From NCBI GenBank assembly GCA_028023455.1, contig JAQFVV010000004.1:24924001-24988000 (forward strand): 64,000 bases of DNA, written 5' to 3'. The position numbers and the translations under genes were made by a program. Below, piece by piece: positions 13,556 through 27,299 of the stretch (the first letter of the stretch is position 1; the number at the start of each line of letters is the position of its first letter). Origin of the DNA: Epiperipatus broadwayi (lineage: Eukaryota; Animalia; Onychophora). The notes beneath the pieces were generated by a model. The model worked only from the letters and a program-made list of their open reading frames with translations, had not been told where the DNA came from and ran no database searches.

Positions 13556-15761
13556 CTTCAAATTTAATATAAAACAGATCCAATGATAAATTCAAAATCT
13601 CTACAGTAAAAAAAAGGCTTTGAACAAGAGCAGATACACAAGCAACTTAGCTAACAAGTATCATCTAATGGAACTGGGCTAAACAAATTATTTTAATTAA
13701 CCTATAATAGGTCTATTTGTTTTGGGTTTAATGAAGTAAAAAGGAATTCTCTTTCACTTCAAACCCAAAATGTTATAATGATTTAAGCCCAGAAAGCTTT
13801 AATGAATTCCTGGCAACACAATACATATATATGACATTTGAATATTTTGTTTTCAATATATTTATGTAATATTTCATGATGTAAAGTTTTTAATATTAAA
13901 TATTAATGAAGAATTTATTTGACTCTGCCTTGGGATTGTGAATTTAAGTTAAACTTAATTAAGTATTGTTAACATTTATTATAAAGTAAATTTACTTTTG
14001 CAATAGGTATTATTCAAATTAGCTTTCTATATAAGAATTTAGTTGTAGGCAAGATAGGAATCTACCTTTAGTTGGCAAAACAACTAAATGTTACTACTGT
14101 AAGACTATATGTTATTTACATTTATTTAAAGATGTCTTCATTCTGAATATGTTTACATAATATTTTGAATTGTAAAATTTCTAATATTTTATACATATAG
14201 TAACTGTAAGAAATGATGGAAACAATATGGGATATGAGTATAAATACTCATTTTAGGGTTTGCTATGCATTCATAGTGTCATCTGAATATAGGTGACAAA
14301 TGGTTTCCAAAAATATACTCCCATCTTTCCTACATTGCAAATAAATTATATGTAATAGAAAAAAAAATCTTAATGAACAAATGGGAATGGATGATGAAGA
14401 TGAGGAAAATTATCTATGTATGTGTAATTTTCTCTAATTTAAAAGTTGAGCAACAACTTAGGTGGATAAAATATGACTTTTATATATATATTAAATAAAA
14501 CTAAGTTTGTATCACACATGCCTAAAGTCAACTATTTATATTAATAGTATGCAAATATTTAGCAATAAAATAAATCTGACAATATAAATAAAATATAAGA
14601 TAATATCATCTCTCTCTTTTTTAATGGAAAATGTTAAATTAATTTGTAGGACATGGTTTATACCAAAATATACTTAGAAATTTTTGACTTAAATTCTTTA
14701 AATATTTATCTTAAAAATCTTTATTTGTAAAACCATAAAGTGCATGGATTAGATATATGTTTTATTTTCCAATCTCAATTTTTTTAAACTCAATAATCAG
14801 ATATAAACCCATAAGTCTTGTATTCTAGTCGATTTTTAAGCTAAGCATATATGTTTGTCATAACTAAGCCCCATTAAGCATAAATCTGTTCCTTAAACTA
14901 TTAATAGCAATTATTATTACAAAAGACTTTTTTAAATGTAGTATCATGAAAATGTATTTCTAATCTATTAAAACTTAACTTGCACAGGTCATTCAAAATT
15001 ATTTTTATTACAATGCAAGAAAACAATTCACTGATATTTTTAACACATACACTTATTATTTTAAAAATATACATTCAATGTGTGGCATAAATATTTTGTA
15101 CTATTAATTTAATTGCACATGTCTGCTAATATCAAACGTTTCTTTGCCTTGTATAAAATTCATTTTATTTAAAACTAATGAGATATTACAATATTAAAAA
15201 ATTAGAGGGACAGCTTCCCACATGTCCATATGAGCTGACACAATTTTTTTTTGTTGCTAAGAAAGCAATGTAACTTTTACATCTATATTATATAAAAACA
15301 ATAACAAAATTCTCATAGAACCACTGAAGCAATATATGTCTCCAAGAAGGTTAAATGCTAAACAGCAATATAAGCACTCAAGAATTCTTTATTTCTTTAA
15401 TAAAATCAATACAACCAAATAAATATTTTTTCTCAAACGTTATTAAAATAGCCTAATTTTTTTTTACATTTAAAAATACACTTTCAAAAGAATGTATCTG
15501 CATCAAAGCAATGATAGAGTATGTGTGAATGGACTTTTGTAATATAGCTTTCATATTATTTATAATGATAAAATATTTAGAACCTTTATAAAACAGTTAT
15601 CTTTATAATAAACTCTCTTAACTCTGTTTATGCACATACTTTGATCCTTCATACCTTTAAATTCTTATATCTATACATTTCATTCATATCACTAAATAAT
15701 ACCTATGTTGGAATGCAACAATAGATTTCATATTACATTTGACTGTAGTAATTAGCTATAT

Positions 15762-16261
15762 NNNNNNNNNNNNNNNNNNNNNNNNNNNNNNNNNNNNNNN
15801 NNNNNNNNNNNNNNNNNNNNNNNNNNNNNNNNNNNNNNNNNNNNNNNNNNNNNNNNNNNNNNNNNNNNNNNNNNNNNNNNNNNNNNNNNNNNNNNNNNNN
15901 NNNNNNNNNNNNNNNNNNNNNNNNNNNNNNNNNNNNNNNNNNNNNNNNNNNNNNNNNNNNNNNNNNNNNNNNNNNNNNNNNNNNNNNNNNNNNNNNNNNN
16001 NNNNNNNNNNNNNNNNNNNNNNNNNNNNNNNNNNNNNNNNNNNNNNNNNNNNNNNNNNNNNNNNNNNNNNNNNNNNNNNNNNNNNNNNNNNNNNNNNNNN
16101 NNNNNNNNNNNNNNNNNNNNNNNNNNNNNNNNNNNNNNNNNNNNNNNNNNNNNNNNNNNNNNNNNNNNNNNNNNNNNNNNNNNNNNNNNNNNNNNNNNNN
16201 NNNNNNNNNNNNNNNNNNNNNNNNNNNNNNNNNNNNNNNNNNNNNNNNNNNNNNNNNNNNN
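15762..16261. other. Assembly gap (500 N)
   Basis: N run. ORFs 15739-16296 and 15756-16373 are artefacts of it. Confidence 1.
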
Positions 16262-17499
16262 ATTTAACTTTAAATGTTAAATATATATATGTGTGACCGC
16301 AGTATGTGCGATCATCACAATATATATATACATGATTAATTTCAAATTTACTTAAACACAATATTTTGAACACTGAAAATGATCAGAAAAAGTTGAATAA
16401 TAGTAAAGAAAAATAACTTTTAAGATATAATACAAATTCTAAAATGGATCTCGAGATACATGATTATTTATCAAATATGGATGCGATATATCAGTGATTA
16501 GATTTTTTGTATTCTATTAATAAACAGAAAAATATAAAAACATTATTAACAAATTTATCTATAAAAAAATAATCTAAAATTTGTAATAAAAGGAATGTTT
16601 ATATATTATATAACTAAAATATTAATAATCCACGAATCATTTTACTCTATCTTTTTCCTTTTGAAAATGTAAATTTAATAAAAGTAAAACAAGTTTTAAA
16701 ATGGAAAGGGTGTTTAATGTAAATAAAAATTAGATTAAATTTAAAGACAATTTAATTTTGAACTTTTAAAATTGAATTTAAATATCAAATCCCTAAATAA
16801 TAGTTCCATTCATACTAACTAGAATAGGGCTACTAATTAATAGCTGTATTTAATTTGCTAACTCATTATTAAATAATAATTTCATACATCTATAAAAATG
16901 ACTACATTTATATTTTTTTTTAAAAATAATTAAAAAAGTGGTATTTAAAGCATATTATTTCAAATAAAAAATTTAAGTACAGATGCACACATACTCAAAT
17001 ATTAAATAAGCAACTTACTTTTGAACAAATAAATTAAAAAACAACTAAATAAATTATAAAAAATTATACTGACACTATAATTGTACAGTGATGACATAGA
17101 CTCATTGTAGTTATAAATGTAATTAGACACATTTAATTTATTTGTATTATTTATCCAATGTAATTACATTTTAATTAAAATAGTAAATTAAAAAATAAAT
17201 TAATTTATGCTATTTTGTTTATTGTTTTACTAATTAAAAAAATAATTGTTTTATAATAATCATTAACTTTTCATTTTAAAACTTTCTAATTTTTTTAATC
17301 TAATAAAATGTTTACACATTATTGATAGAAATAAATAAATAAATAAATATGTGTAATATTATTTTACTATATATGAATATATGTGTGTGTGCATGTTTAA
17401 AATGAAAAATTTTCTCACATAATATCTATGACTCCAGTTTTCATTTTGTGTGTGCGTGTGTGTGAATTGGTTTTATTTATTGTAGGAAAATTCAATTGG

Positions 17500-17935
17500 A
17501 TCTTACATCTTCTGTTATAAATACTAGTTTATCTAATAAATATCAGCTGGTTCTACCTAATTTTCTTAAAACTTCCAATAGGAAGCAATTTAGTTATAAT
17601 GGTCTCAAATTATTTAATGTGTTTATACAGATTGTTCTGAGAATTTAATGAACACTAGTTATTAGATTTTTAAAAAGCATTTGGCATTGGTTGCATTATG
17701 CTAAACATTAGTTTTATTTGTTGTTTATATTGTATGTTATGTTAGAGTTACTTACTACTGTGGTTGAATTACCAAATGTAATATTTGTGTGATTTTAATA
17801 TTTTATGTTAAATTTATACTTTGTGTTTTTAGTTGTGATATTTAAATTCCTCGCTCAAGATTTTTCTTGTATAGAATTTATCTCACTGTATTATACATTT
17901 GTTGTTTGTTTCATAATAAATAAATAAATAAATTA
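17500..17935 (+). mobile_element. 3' end of an L2/Crack/Daphne-type LINE with (AATA)n tail
   Basis: Frame QLVLPNFLKTSNRKQFSYNGLKLFN resembles the LxLP...FSYxGxKLWN C-terminal motif. Followed by a T-rich UTR and aataaataaataaataaa. Confidence 0.5.
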
Positions 17936-18419
17936 TTATTATTATTCTCTACTATTTTTTCTTTTTATTATTATTATTATTATTATTATTTAGTTAATGA
18001 CTATAGCCCTATGTCAATTTTACTCACAGTTGCATAAATATTTAAGATTCTTAAATACTAAAATTATTTTTGTGATCAACACATTTGATCAATCTATTTT
18101 TTGCACAATATGTCTACTGAAACAAACTTTCTAATTATTTTGATATGTCCAAGTGTCAGAGTAGACTGAATGTTTTCTATTTTGATAATTCCAAAGTGAG
18201 TCATTAATTTTTTTTACCAAGCTATTCAGATGAGGCTTTTAAGTTTCTTTTTTCAGAAAAAAAAAGAGGATTTGTGAAATTCTAATAAATATTCATTACC
18301 ATATTGGAGTGTCTCAAGACAGTGATTGTGCATCTTTGTTTTTAATGGTTATATTTTTGGCCACTGTGTGCAGATTGTGAGGGGCACAAAGTGTTTCATC
18401 ACAGCAGCACCAAGCCATT

Positions 18420-18900
18420 AATATAATTAATAAAATTTACATGTAAATGAAAATATTTATATTTTCAAATTTCTTCATTGTTAGAAATGTGTTCTGAGTG
18501 TAAATATTTGTTATTTAAATATGAGAGGAATACTTCAACGTATTGTGACAATTACTCAGGCCTCAAATTTTGCTCGAGCTCAAAATATACTACATATATA
18601 CTTTTATCATTGCATTAAACCAAATAAGCCAATGCCATTTTGTCACAATAATTAATAAAACTTATATGTAAATGTTTAGATTTTCAAATTACTTTATTGT
18701 TAGAAATACATTCTGATTGCAAATATTTTTTATTTAAATATAAGAGAAATACTTTTTACTTAAACTTGTTACAATTACTTGAGCCTTGAAATGTACTATA
18801 TAAATAAATATTCTACCATTGTACTAAACAAACGGACACACTTTTGCTGATATAATTAATAAAATTTATATACAAATGAAAATATTTACATTTCCCAATC
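18420..18900. repeat. Diverged tandem repeat, unit about 205-225 bp, about 2.3 copies
   Basis: taataaaa(t/c)tta...tgtaaatg...ttgttagaaat...atttaaatat recurs at about 18428, 18652 and 18858. Confidence 0.7.
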
Positions 18901-20553
18901 ACTTTTACTTAAATATCTTAATTCATATAAAAAGTAACACATTACTATTAATAATTTATTTAAAAATAAAACTTTTTTAAAAAATATCGCCTCAATTATA
19001 GTAATTCTGCATGTGATGAAATTATGTTTATCAATGATATTTTACAGAACCCATGTGTCTTAATCAGTTTTGAGTAGGGTAAAGTGACAAACTCTGCAAA
19101 GTGGCATCAAGGGATCAATTCCACTGTTGTTTTGTGTAAAAATATATTTAATACTGATTTTATTTTTTTATTATGCCATATTATCTTTTTATACATTTTA
19201 CTAAATAGTTTTTTTAATGTTTAATAATGATATTATCATTTTTATGCCATATTATTTTTTTATACATTTCATTAAACAGCGTTTCCTTGAATGTGGACTT
19301 GGATTTGTTCTGTAGCTTAACACTAAAAATTGATGTAATCAAAATTGAATGTAATATTACATTCCAAATGTAAAAAAAACAGAATGAATAAAAACATGAT
19401 TATTAAAAAAAAATATTGCACATCAAAATATTTAATTCTTAACAAATTTCATGATAATGATAATATTTAATACAATTCTCTTAATTATAATAAAATTCCT
19501 ACATGGTTGCACTTTTGATTAAATGTCTTAAAATACATGTAGTACAACAAACAGTGTATTTGCTTTTTTATATATCCAACATAACTTTAATGAATGAGCA
19601 AAATAAAATGCAGGATATGTTAATGGTTTCTAAAAATTTATTGAATAAACAATCTAAATAAGAAATTTTAAAATTTATTTATATAAACCCTGGCTGAATC
19701 ACTAATTCTTGAACTATATAATATATGATTATTAATAAATATTAAAAATATTAAAAATAAAGGAATGTAAATACTTCTTATTGAGAAAAAGCAAGAGAAG
19801 TAATTTTTGTGACTAGAAAATGTAAACAAGTTATTTATGAAAGGTTCTGAATTAACAGTAACTAATAGATTTGTAAGATAAACAACTATTGTTAACAAGA
19901 GTTATATAAGATGTTATTTAGAGTAGACCTAGTTTAGTGACTCTAATGAAATGTAATTGTTACATCAATAAACAATGTGAGTATAAAAATTTTAAATATT
20001 GGCATAGTTATTGGTATTAATAGTGGAATAACATGCAGATAAAAATCGACTAATATTTACACTATTAGTAAAGAAGCCTAAGAGTTACATCAGCTTTTTC
20101 ATCTATTGTACTACAGAAAGAATAATGGTAACAAGCCAGACTTTCTTTTCTCTTCACTATGTGGGATGGATCTCAATAGGCTAGGGAAGGTTTTTTTTCA
20201 AATATGATAAAAATGCTTCAATATTTAAAAAAAATATCTTAATTTGCAGATATTTTCGACATCTAGTGCCAATTTTGCAGAATTGTACAAAAAATAATAT
20301 GAAAACTTTTGAAAGAAACATTTAAAAATTTCAAATTTAATAAATTTCTAGTTATATTACTAAAAAATTTCTATTTATGTCACTAAATAAATACTTTTGT
20401 TTTAAGGTATTATTTAATTATTGTTTCAAAAATTATTTTTTTAAACATTAACTAATTTTAATATGTATTTTAATCTCCATGTTTATTTTATGGAAATAAA
20501 TGAACAGAGCATGTAAAGTATTTATCAAACCCATTAACTGACTAAAGACATAC

Positions 20554-20577
20554 TTTCAAGTGTATCTTGTGAAAATG
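20554..20577 (-). CDS. Candidate 24-nt microexon (AFSQDTLE or HFHKIHLK)
   Basis: Acceptor ttttcttcag, donor gtatgt. Frame-compatible with the 20669-20698 exon across a 91-nt intron. Confidence 0.3.
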
Positions 20578-20668
20578 CTGAAGAAAAATATCTATTAATT
20601 TACAAGTTTTATTTTATAGAATAGGAAATAGGGTGCTAAAATTTATCTTGCACAATAGTCTTTCTTAC

Positions 20669-20698
20669 CCATGCAGCAACACTGGTTATATTTGTGGT
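20669..20698 (-). CDS. Candidate 30-nt microexon (HKYNQCCCM or TTNITSVAAW)
   Basis: Acceptor atcatttctaag, strong donor gtaaga. Two frames are open. Confidence 0.3.
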
Positions 20699-21478
20699 CT
20701 TAGAAATGATATTGAATTTTCACAAATTATTTCAGATGTGCCTGTTCTATTAAATATTACATCTTACTTTAAAGAGATTTAGGTAATTTTTTAAAATGGT
20801 ATATAATAAAAAAAATGTAAATAAAACTAAACAGTGTCTTTTTATTCTAGAAAATGATTTTGATATTTTTATACTATATTTTGTAATTTTAAAATCATAT
20901 TAAATGACTTATCACAAAGATCTAGAGATATCTTCTAATAATGGTTTCTTCTCTCACTTATATGTCCTAGTAAGCAAAGTTCTTAATATTACAAAGGCTA
21001 TCTATAGATATGGGAAGATTTTTAATAATTCAACAAAATTTAAATTCTTTATCTTGAACTATAAATCAGTTGCGTGGAACTCACACTCTAAGATAGATAT
21101 CAAAATTCCATCTGTTCTTGACAAATTCTTTAAATTTAAAAATCTTTATAATAATCAGTATATGACACTAATATTGAGATGAAAATCAAAAGATTTGAAA
21201 TTCTTTCATAATTATATCTTCCAAAATATATCTACCTAATACTATCAAATTATAATTTTATACAAATTATACTGACAATATTTTTCAGTTTAAAATTTGT
21301 AGGTTCAACACATAAATCTTTTTACCTCTATTTTGTTTATGTAGAATATAAAATGAAGACATTGAAAATAAAGATGTTTTTGGCCTTGATTTTAATCAAT
21401 GCTTTAGATCCTTCATAAAATTATTATCTTTAATTCTCTTTAGTTGATGAGATTTTTATGTATTTATATATTTTTCTC

Positions 21479-22967
<1,489 letters not shown>

Positions 22968-22997
<30 letters not shown>
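22968..22997. repeat. (ATT)10 microsatellite; compound (TAT)n/(ACT)n tract nearby at about 23121-23195
   Basis: Read directly from the sequence. Confidence 0.95.
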
Positions 22998-23799
22998 GTA
23001 ATATTAAATATGCTTAACGTATACAGTGAAATTAAATTCAACGATTATATTAATATTTCTTACGTTAAGCGTATTTAATATTACATTATTATCAATAGTG
23101 AAGAAAAATCGGAAATTATATTATTATTATTATTATTATTATTATTCTACTGCTTCTGCCACTATTATTACTACTACTACCACCACTACTACTGCTTGTA
23201 CAAATATGTTATTGTGTTAAACATAGTTTCACATGAAATAAATTATACATATTATACGAGTAAATCTTTTCAACTTATATAATTATTTTATAAACTAAAA
23301 GCCTTGTATTTACAGTGGTATGGGTGAAGATATCAGACTCCAGGTAGCTGCAAATATATCTGAAGGGGCAAGAGTCTTATCTTGTCTTAATTTTGATAAT
23401 TTTTTTCAGGAAAATATATTTTAGCCTTCATGATGCTGATTAAATACAAAATGACATCTCATAAACCAAAGAGATAAGTAATAATTAATCTAAGGGAAAT
23501 GCCTCTTTTTAATATTTTCAATAATGAGATTAATAACTGAAACACAAGCTTATTATATACCTGTGTCTATATATGTAATAATGAGATTAATTGTAGTTAC
23601 TTGACAGTGAATGGTTGTTGAGATAAGTTGCCAATAGGTTTGTAGACTAGGACATGTATAGAGGAAAAGTTGTATTTGTATTAATTGTTTGGACTATTTC
23701 CATCATCTAATATGAATATTGAATGTCTTTAGAAAAATTTAATTTTTTATTTAAATATTCCAAATACATTCAACTGTTTGTTAGCAATAGTACATCAAA

Positions 23800-23958
23800 C
23801 AGGTTAGTATATGCACAATGTTTCAAAAGGTATTATTCTCCTCTCTTGTTCGGGTCTTGCTGGCCTGACCAGTGATAGTACTAGTATGGGAATCGAAACT
23901 GGACCCTTAGATTCTTGAGTATTGAATTTTAAAGTAACTCTAATCGAGTCATCCTGCC
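23800..23958 (-). mobile_element. tRNA-derived SINE
   Basis: Minus strand begins GGCAGGATGACTCGATTAG (A-box-like) with B-box GTTTCGATTCC (plus 23889-23899). The post-tRNA core is shared with 60807-60875. Confidence 0.55.
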
Positions 23959-23964
23959 AAAGGC

Positions 23965-25020
23965 AACAGTCAGTAGACATTTCATCTACTTATCTATGAG
24001 GTTCCTCCTGATTTCTCCACTTTTTCTTCTTAAGAGCAAAGTTGATTAGTGGTTTCCATACATTTTGTTGTCATTGTCATTTGAGCAGTTTCTTTAAATT
24101 TTCTTCTTTGTACCTTTTTTCTTTATCTAATATTTTTGTGTTTTCCCAATTAAACATATGGTCATTGGTATGTACATGGTCTGCTACTTTAGAACATCTG
24201 TTTTCTCTCTTCTAATCATAACATTGTATTCTTGCAAGCCCTTTTCAATGGGATGACTGGTCTTACCAATATATGTTCTTCCACATTCACATCGTATTTC
24301 ATAGATGCAGTTTTTTATTTTCAGTATTTCAAGTTTAAGCTTTGTAGATGTTAGAATTCCTTGTAGTGTGGTGTGGCTCTGGAAGGCTGTTCTAATGTCA
24401 TATTGGTTGCAGATTTTCCTTAATTTGTCTGCTATTTTTAGTATGTATGGGTATACTATAGTATGGATAATTGTTTTTTCATATAATACTAAATCATCCA
24501 TGCACTTTACTACTGTTACACAATGCTTTATTTACCACCCTCTTTTATGGTTTACAGTTTTGATTGCTCCATAAATCTTCTTCAGAACTTTTATAACTCC
24601 TAACTTCAACTGCTAAATTCAAGTTTTAAAACTTTACTATTTAAGTATAACAGTAAATTTTTAAAATTTGAATTTAGCAGTTGAAGTTAGAAGATATAAA
24701 AGTTCTGAAAAAGATTGCTGGGGCAATCAAAACTATAAACTGTAAAAGATGGTGGTAAATAAATAATTGTGTAATAGTAGTAAAGTGAATGGATGATTTA
24801 ATATTATATACATTTGGCATGCAATAAGAAAGATTATTTGTTTTTTCTCTTGATGGTTCTTTTTGTTGTCCACTCAAAGTTTTCATAATAACAGCTGATT
24901 TAAAACAAACTCTTACGAAAAATGATTATTTATCAGATATTATTAAGAAAACCTTGAATAGACAACAACAAAAAAAAACCATCAAAAGAAAAATCAATTA
25001 TTTGTAGACTGTGTACCAAA
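23965..25020 (-). mobile_element. Rearranged Penelope-like element (RT thumb/linker plus GIY-YIG endonuclease)
   Basis: ORF 24184-24501: YPYI..IADKLRKI..NCIYEIRCECGRTYIGKT, followed by VADHVHTNDHMFNWENTKILDKE. A plus-strand copy at 24890-25010 reads LKQTLTKNDYLSDIIKK. Confidence 0.85.
24481..24809. repeat. Long inverted repeat (arms 24481-24631 and 24659-24809) inside the PLE; second IR at about 24828-24872 / 24959-25003
   Basis: Reverse complement of arm 2 aligns to arm 1 with scattered substitutions. The 27-nt spacer is itself partly self-complementary. Confidence 0.9.
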
Positions 25021-27299
25021 TATTTTAAAGAGTATTATACCTGTCCCTTTTTGAAGTTAATTTGAATGTTCATAAATGCTTGACAGAATTGTGAAGCTTA
25101 TGTATATTTTATTATTGAATTATTTTTGCCACAATTTTATATATTTAACTATATTTTTGCTATATTTATTATTTTATTGGTTTTTAATAGCACTTATTTG
25201 TCATTATTTTATGAGATATCATAGTGTTTTTTCTCTCTCTTATAGTTTATTGTATTATGCCAGTGAGTTTTGTTATATTTTGTGATACTAAGCATTCAAT
25301 GCTATGCTTAGGCAAATCCCGCTCATCTGATGGTTTATTCTCATATTTCATACCATCATCCTATTTGCTTTTGCTTTCTCATTCCCCTAATATGAATCTT
25401 AGTGATATATTATTAAACTCATGTGTAATGAACAAGTCTTTATTCTAGCATTTGATATTTTTTCACATAATGTGCAATCCCAACCATTCCTTCTATTGCA
25501 CCCTTTGTAAATCAGAGCAGTTTTTGATGTGTAAGACTTGTTTGTGTGACTAGCTAATATATTCAGATGTTTTAAGACTTGATAAATATTTGTTATTAAA
25601 TTTATAATTGTTCATGTGGTTATATAAAATTTATACATCTTCAACATTCATCATCATCCAAGATTATAAGATGAAATTATTAAAGGTGAGAACTTAATTA
25701 AACCTATATGAAGTCATATTAAAATTTATAATTTACTGGTAATTATGGCTATATTTTAAATTATAACTCAATATATTTTTTTTATATTGTATTTTTATTT
25801 TGGGAAATTTTTAGTAATTTTATAAAGTTTACAAAATAGCTTCGTGGTTGCCTAATCATAATTTAACTATTAAATTTTGTTTCTCTATCTTTATTACTTT
25901 TTATCATTATCTGCATCTTAAAAAAAATCTAATAATACCACACACATATTTTTTTATTTTATATATTGAGAATATAAGAAATATAATACGAGTCATCTTA
26001 TTAAAATTATATTATTAATGTTAGCATAACATCAAAGAAGATTATTTTTATTTGCCTTAAATTTAAAATTGATAATATCATTCTATTTTATTTATTTTTG
26101 TTAAAATTATAAGATCGCTTTACTTTATTCATCTGAAGTTAAGATCATAAGATTGCTTTATTTTATTTTAATATAAAATTGAAACAAAATCTATTGGTGT
26201 GATATTTGTGTAACAACAAAATCCCTATTCATAATAAGATGAATGTCATCCTAGTGTGTTTTCCTTTTTTTAATCTAAGAGTTTTTCATGTTTAATTTTA
26301 ATTCTGAATTTAATAATTGTTTGATTCAATAAAATATCTTAAAGGCTGCTAGCATCATGATGTATTGCCATTAGTTGTTACTATATTTTTGTTTGGGTTT
26401 TAAGAAGTAAAAAGAAAATTGAGATTACTAATTATTAAAAGAATCCAGAGATCTATTTATAAAATCGTTAAATAAAAGAATTGCTTTGCTTAGATAAAAA
26501 TTATTTTAAAAAATAATTATAGGGCATAGAAGACCCGAGATATTTTAATAAAGTATAACTATATCTTAAATCCGATCATTTAGAAGAATTATGATTATAA
26601 GATTTGATTGTATTTAGAAGATGTGAGATAAAGAGTACTGAAAGTAACCTAATCTTTTTTATGTCATATATTGCCTAAGAATTTTAAAAGTTGAGTTTTA
26701 AAGAGAAAGTAAAAGAACTCTTCACTTAAGTTGATGTTTTTGTATCTGTCATAATTAATGATGCCTACTCTTCCTTTTATAAAAGCATTGATCAGAGCTA
26801 GTCTACATTATATTATTACTGAGCTATTATTATTATTAGCTAATGATGTATAACCCTGATCATACGTTTTGGTTTGACTGATTGCCATCACCACATTCTC
26901 ACTAATTCTGTTGGTTACCATTTTAGTGTGTCCAGTGGGTTGGCTTTGATCGATAAATTGTCATGGTACTCACCTTGCTCGGAATCACCTTAATGATTGC
27001 TGTTTTTTTCTCTGTTTCCTAATTTTATTGGTTACAATATATATACATATGTAAAACTAAATATGTCAGTTTAAAAATGCTGTAAAATAATTTATTAATA
27101 TTAAATTTATTTAAGAGAATAATAACAGTTACAGCATTGTGAGAAATAAGACCAAACTCCAAGTTAGAGCCTGATGTCTAATTTTGATCTTTCTTAATTT
27201 AGTGTAAAATAAAAAAGTAATTTTCTGAAATGTTGGATTGAAACAAAAATGAAATTTGAAAAAACAAAAAAATATAAAGTAGAAAAGTGATGATTCTGA

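Noticed and set aside
16290-16320. TGTGATGATCGC after a TA run (minus strand), like an LTR terminus beside the gap
   Set aside because: Too short, with no partner LTR, PBS or PPT visible.
15739-16373. Two long ORFs (185 and 205 aa)
   Set aside because: Artefacts of the N gap.
26845-26900. CCAAAACGTATGATC resembling a decayed PLE hammerhead 3' half
   Set aside because: No CUGAUGA and no stem I complement.
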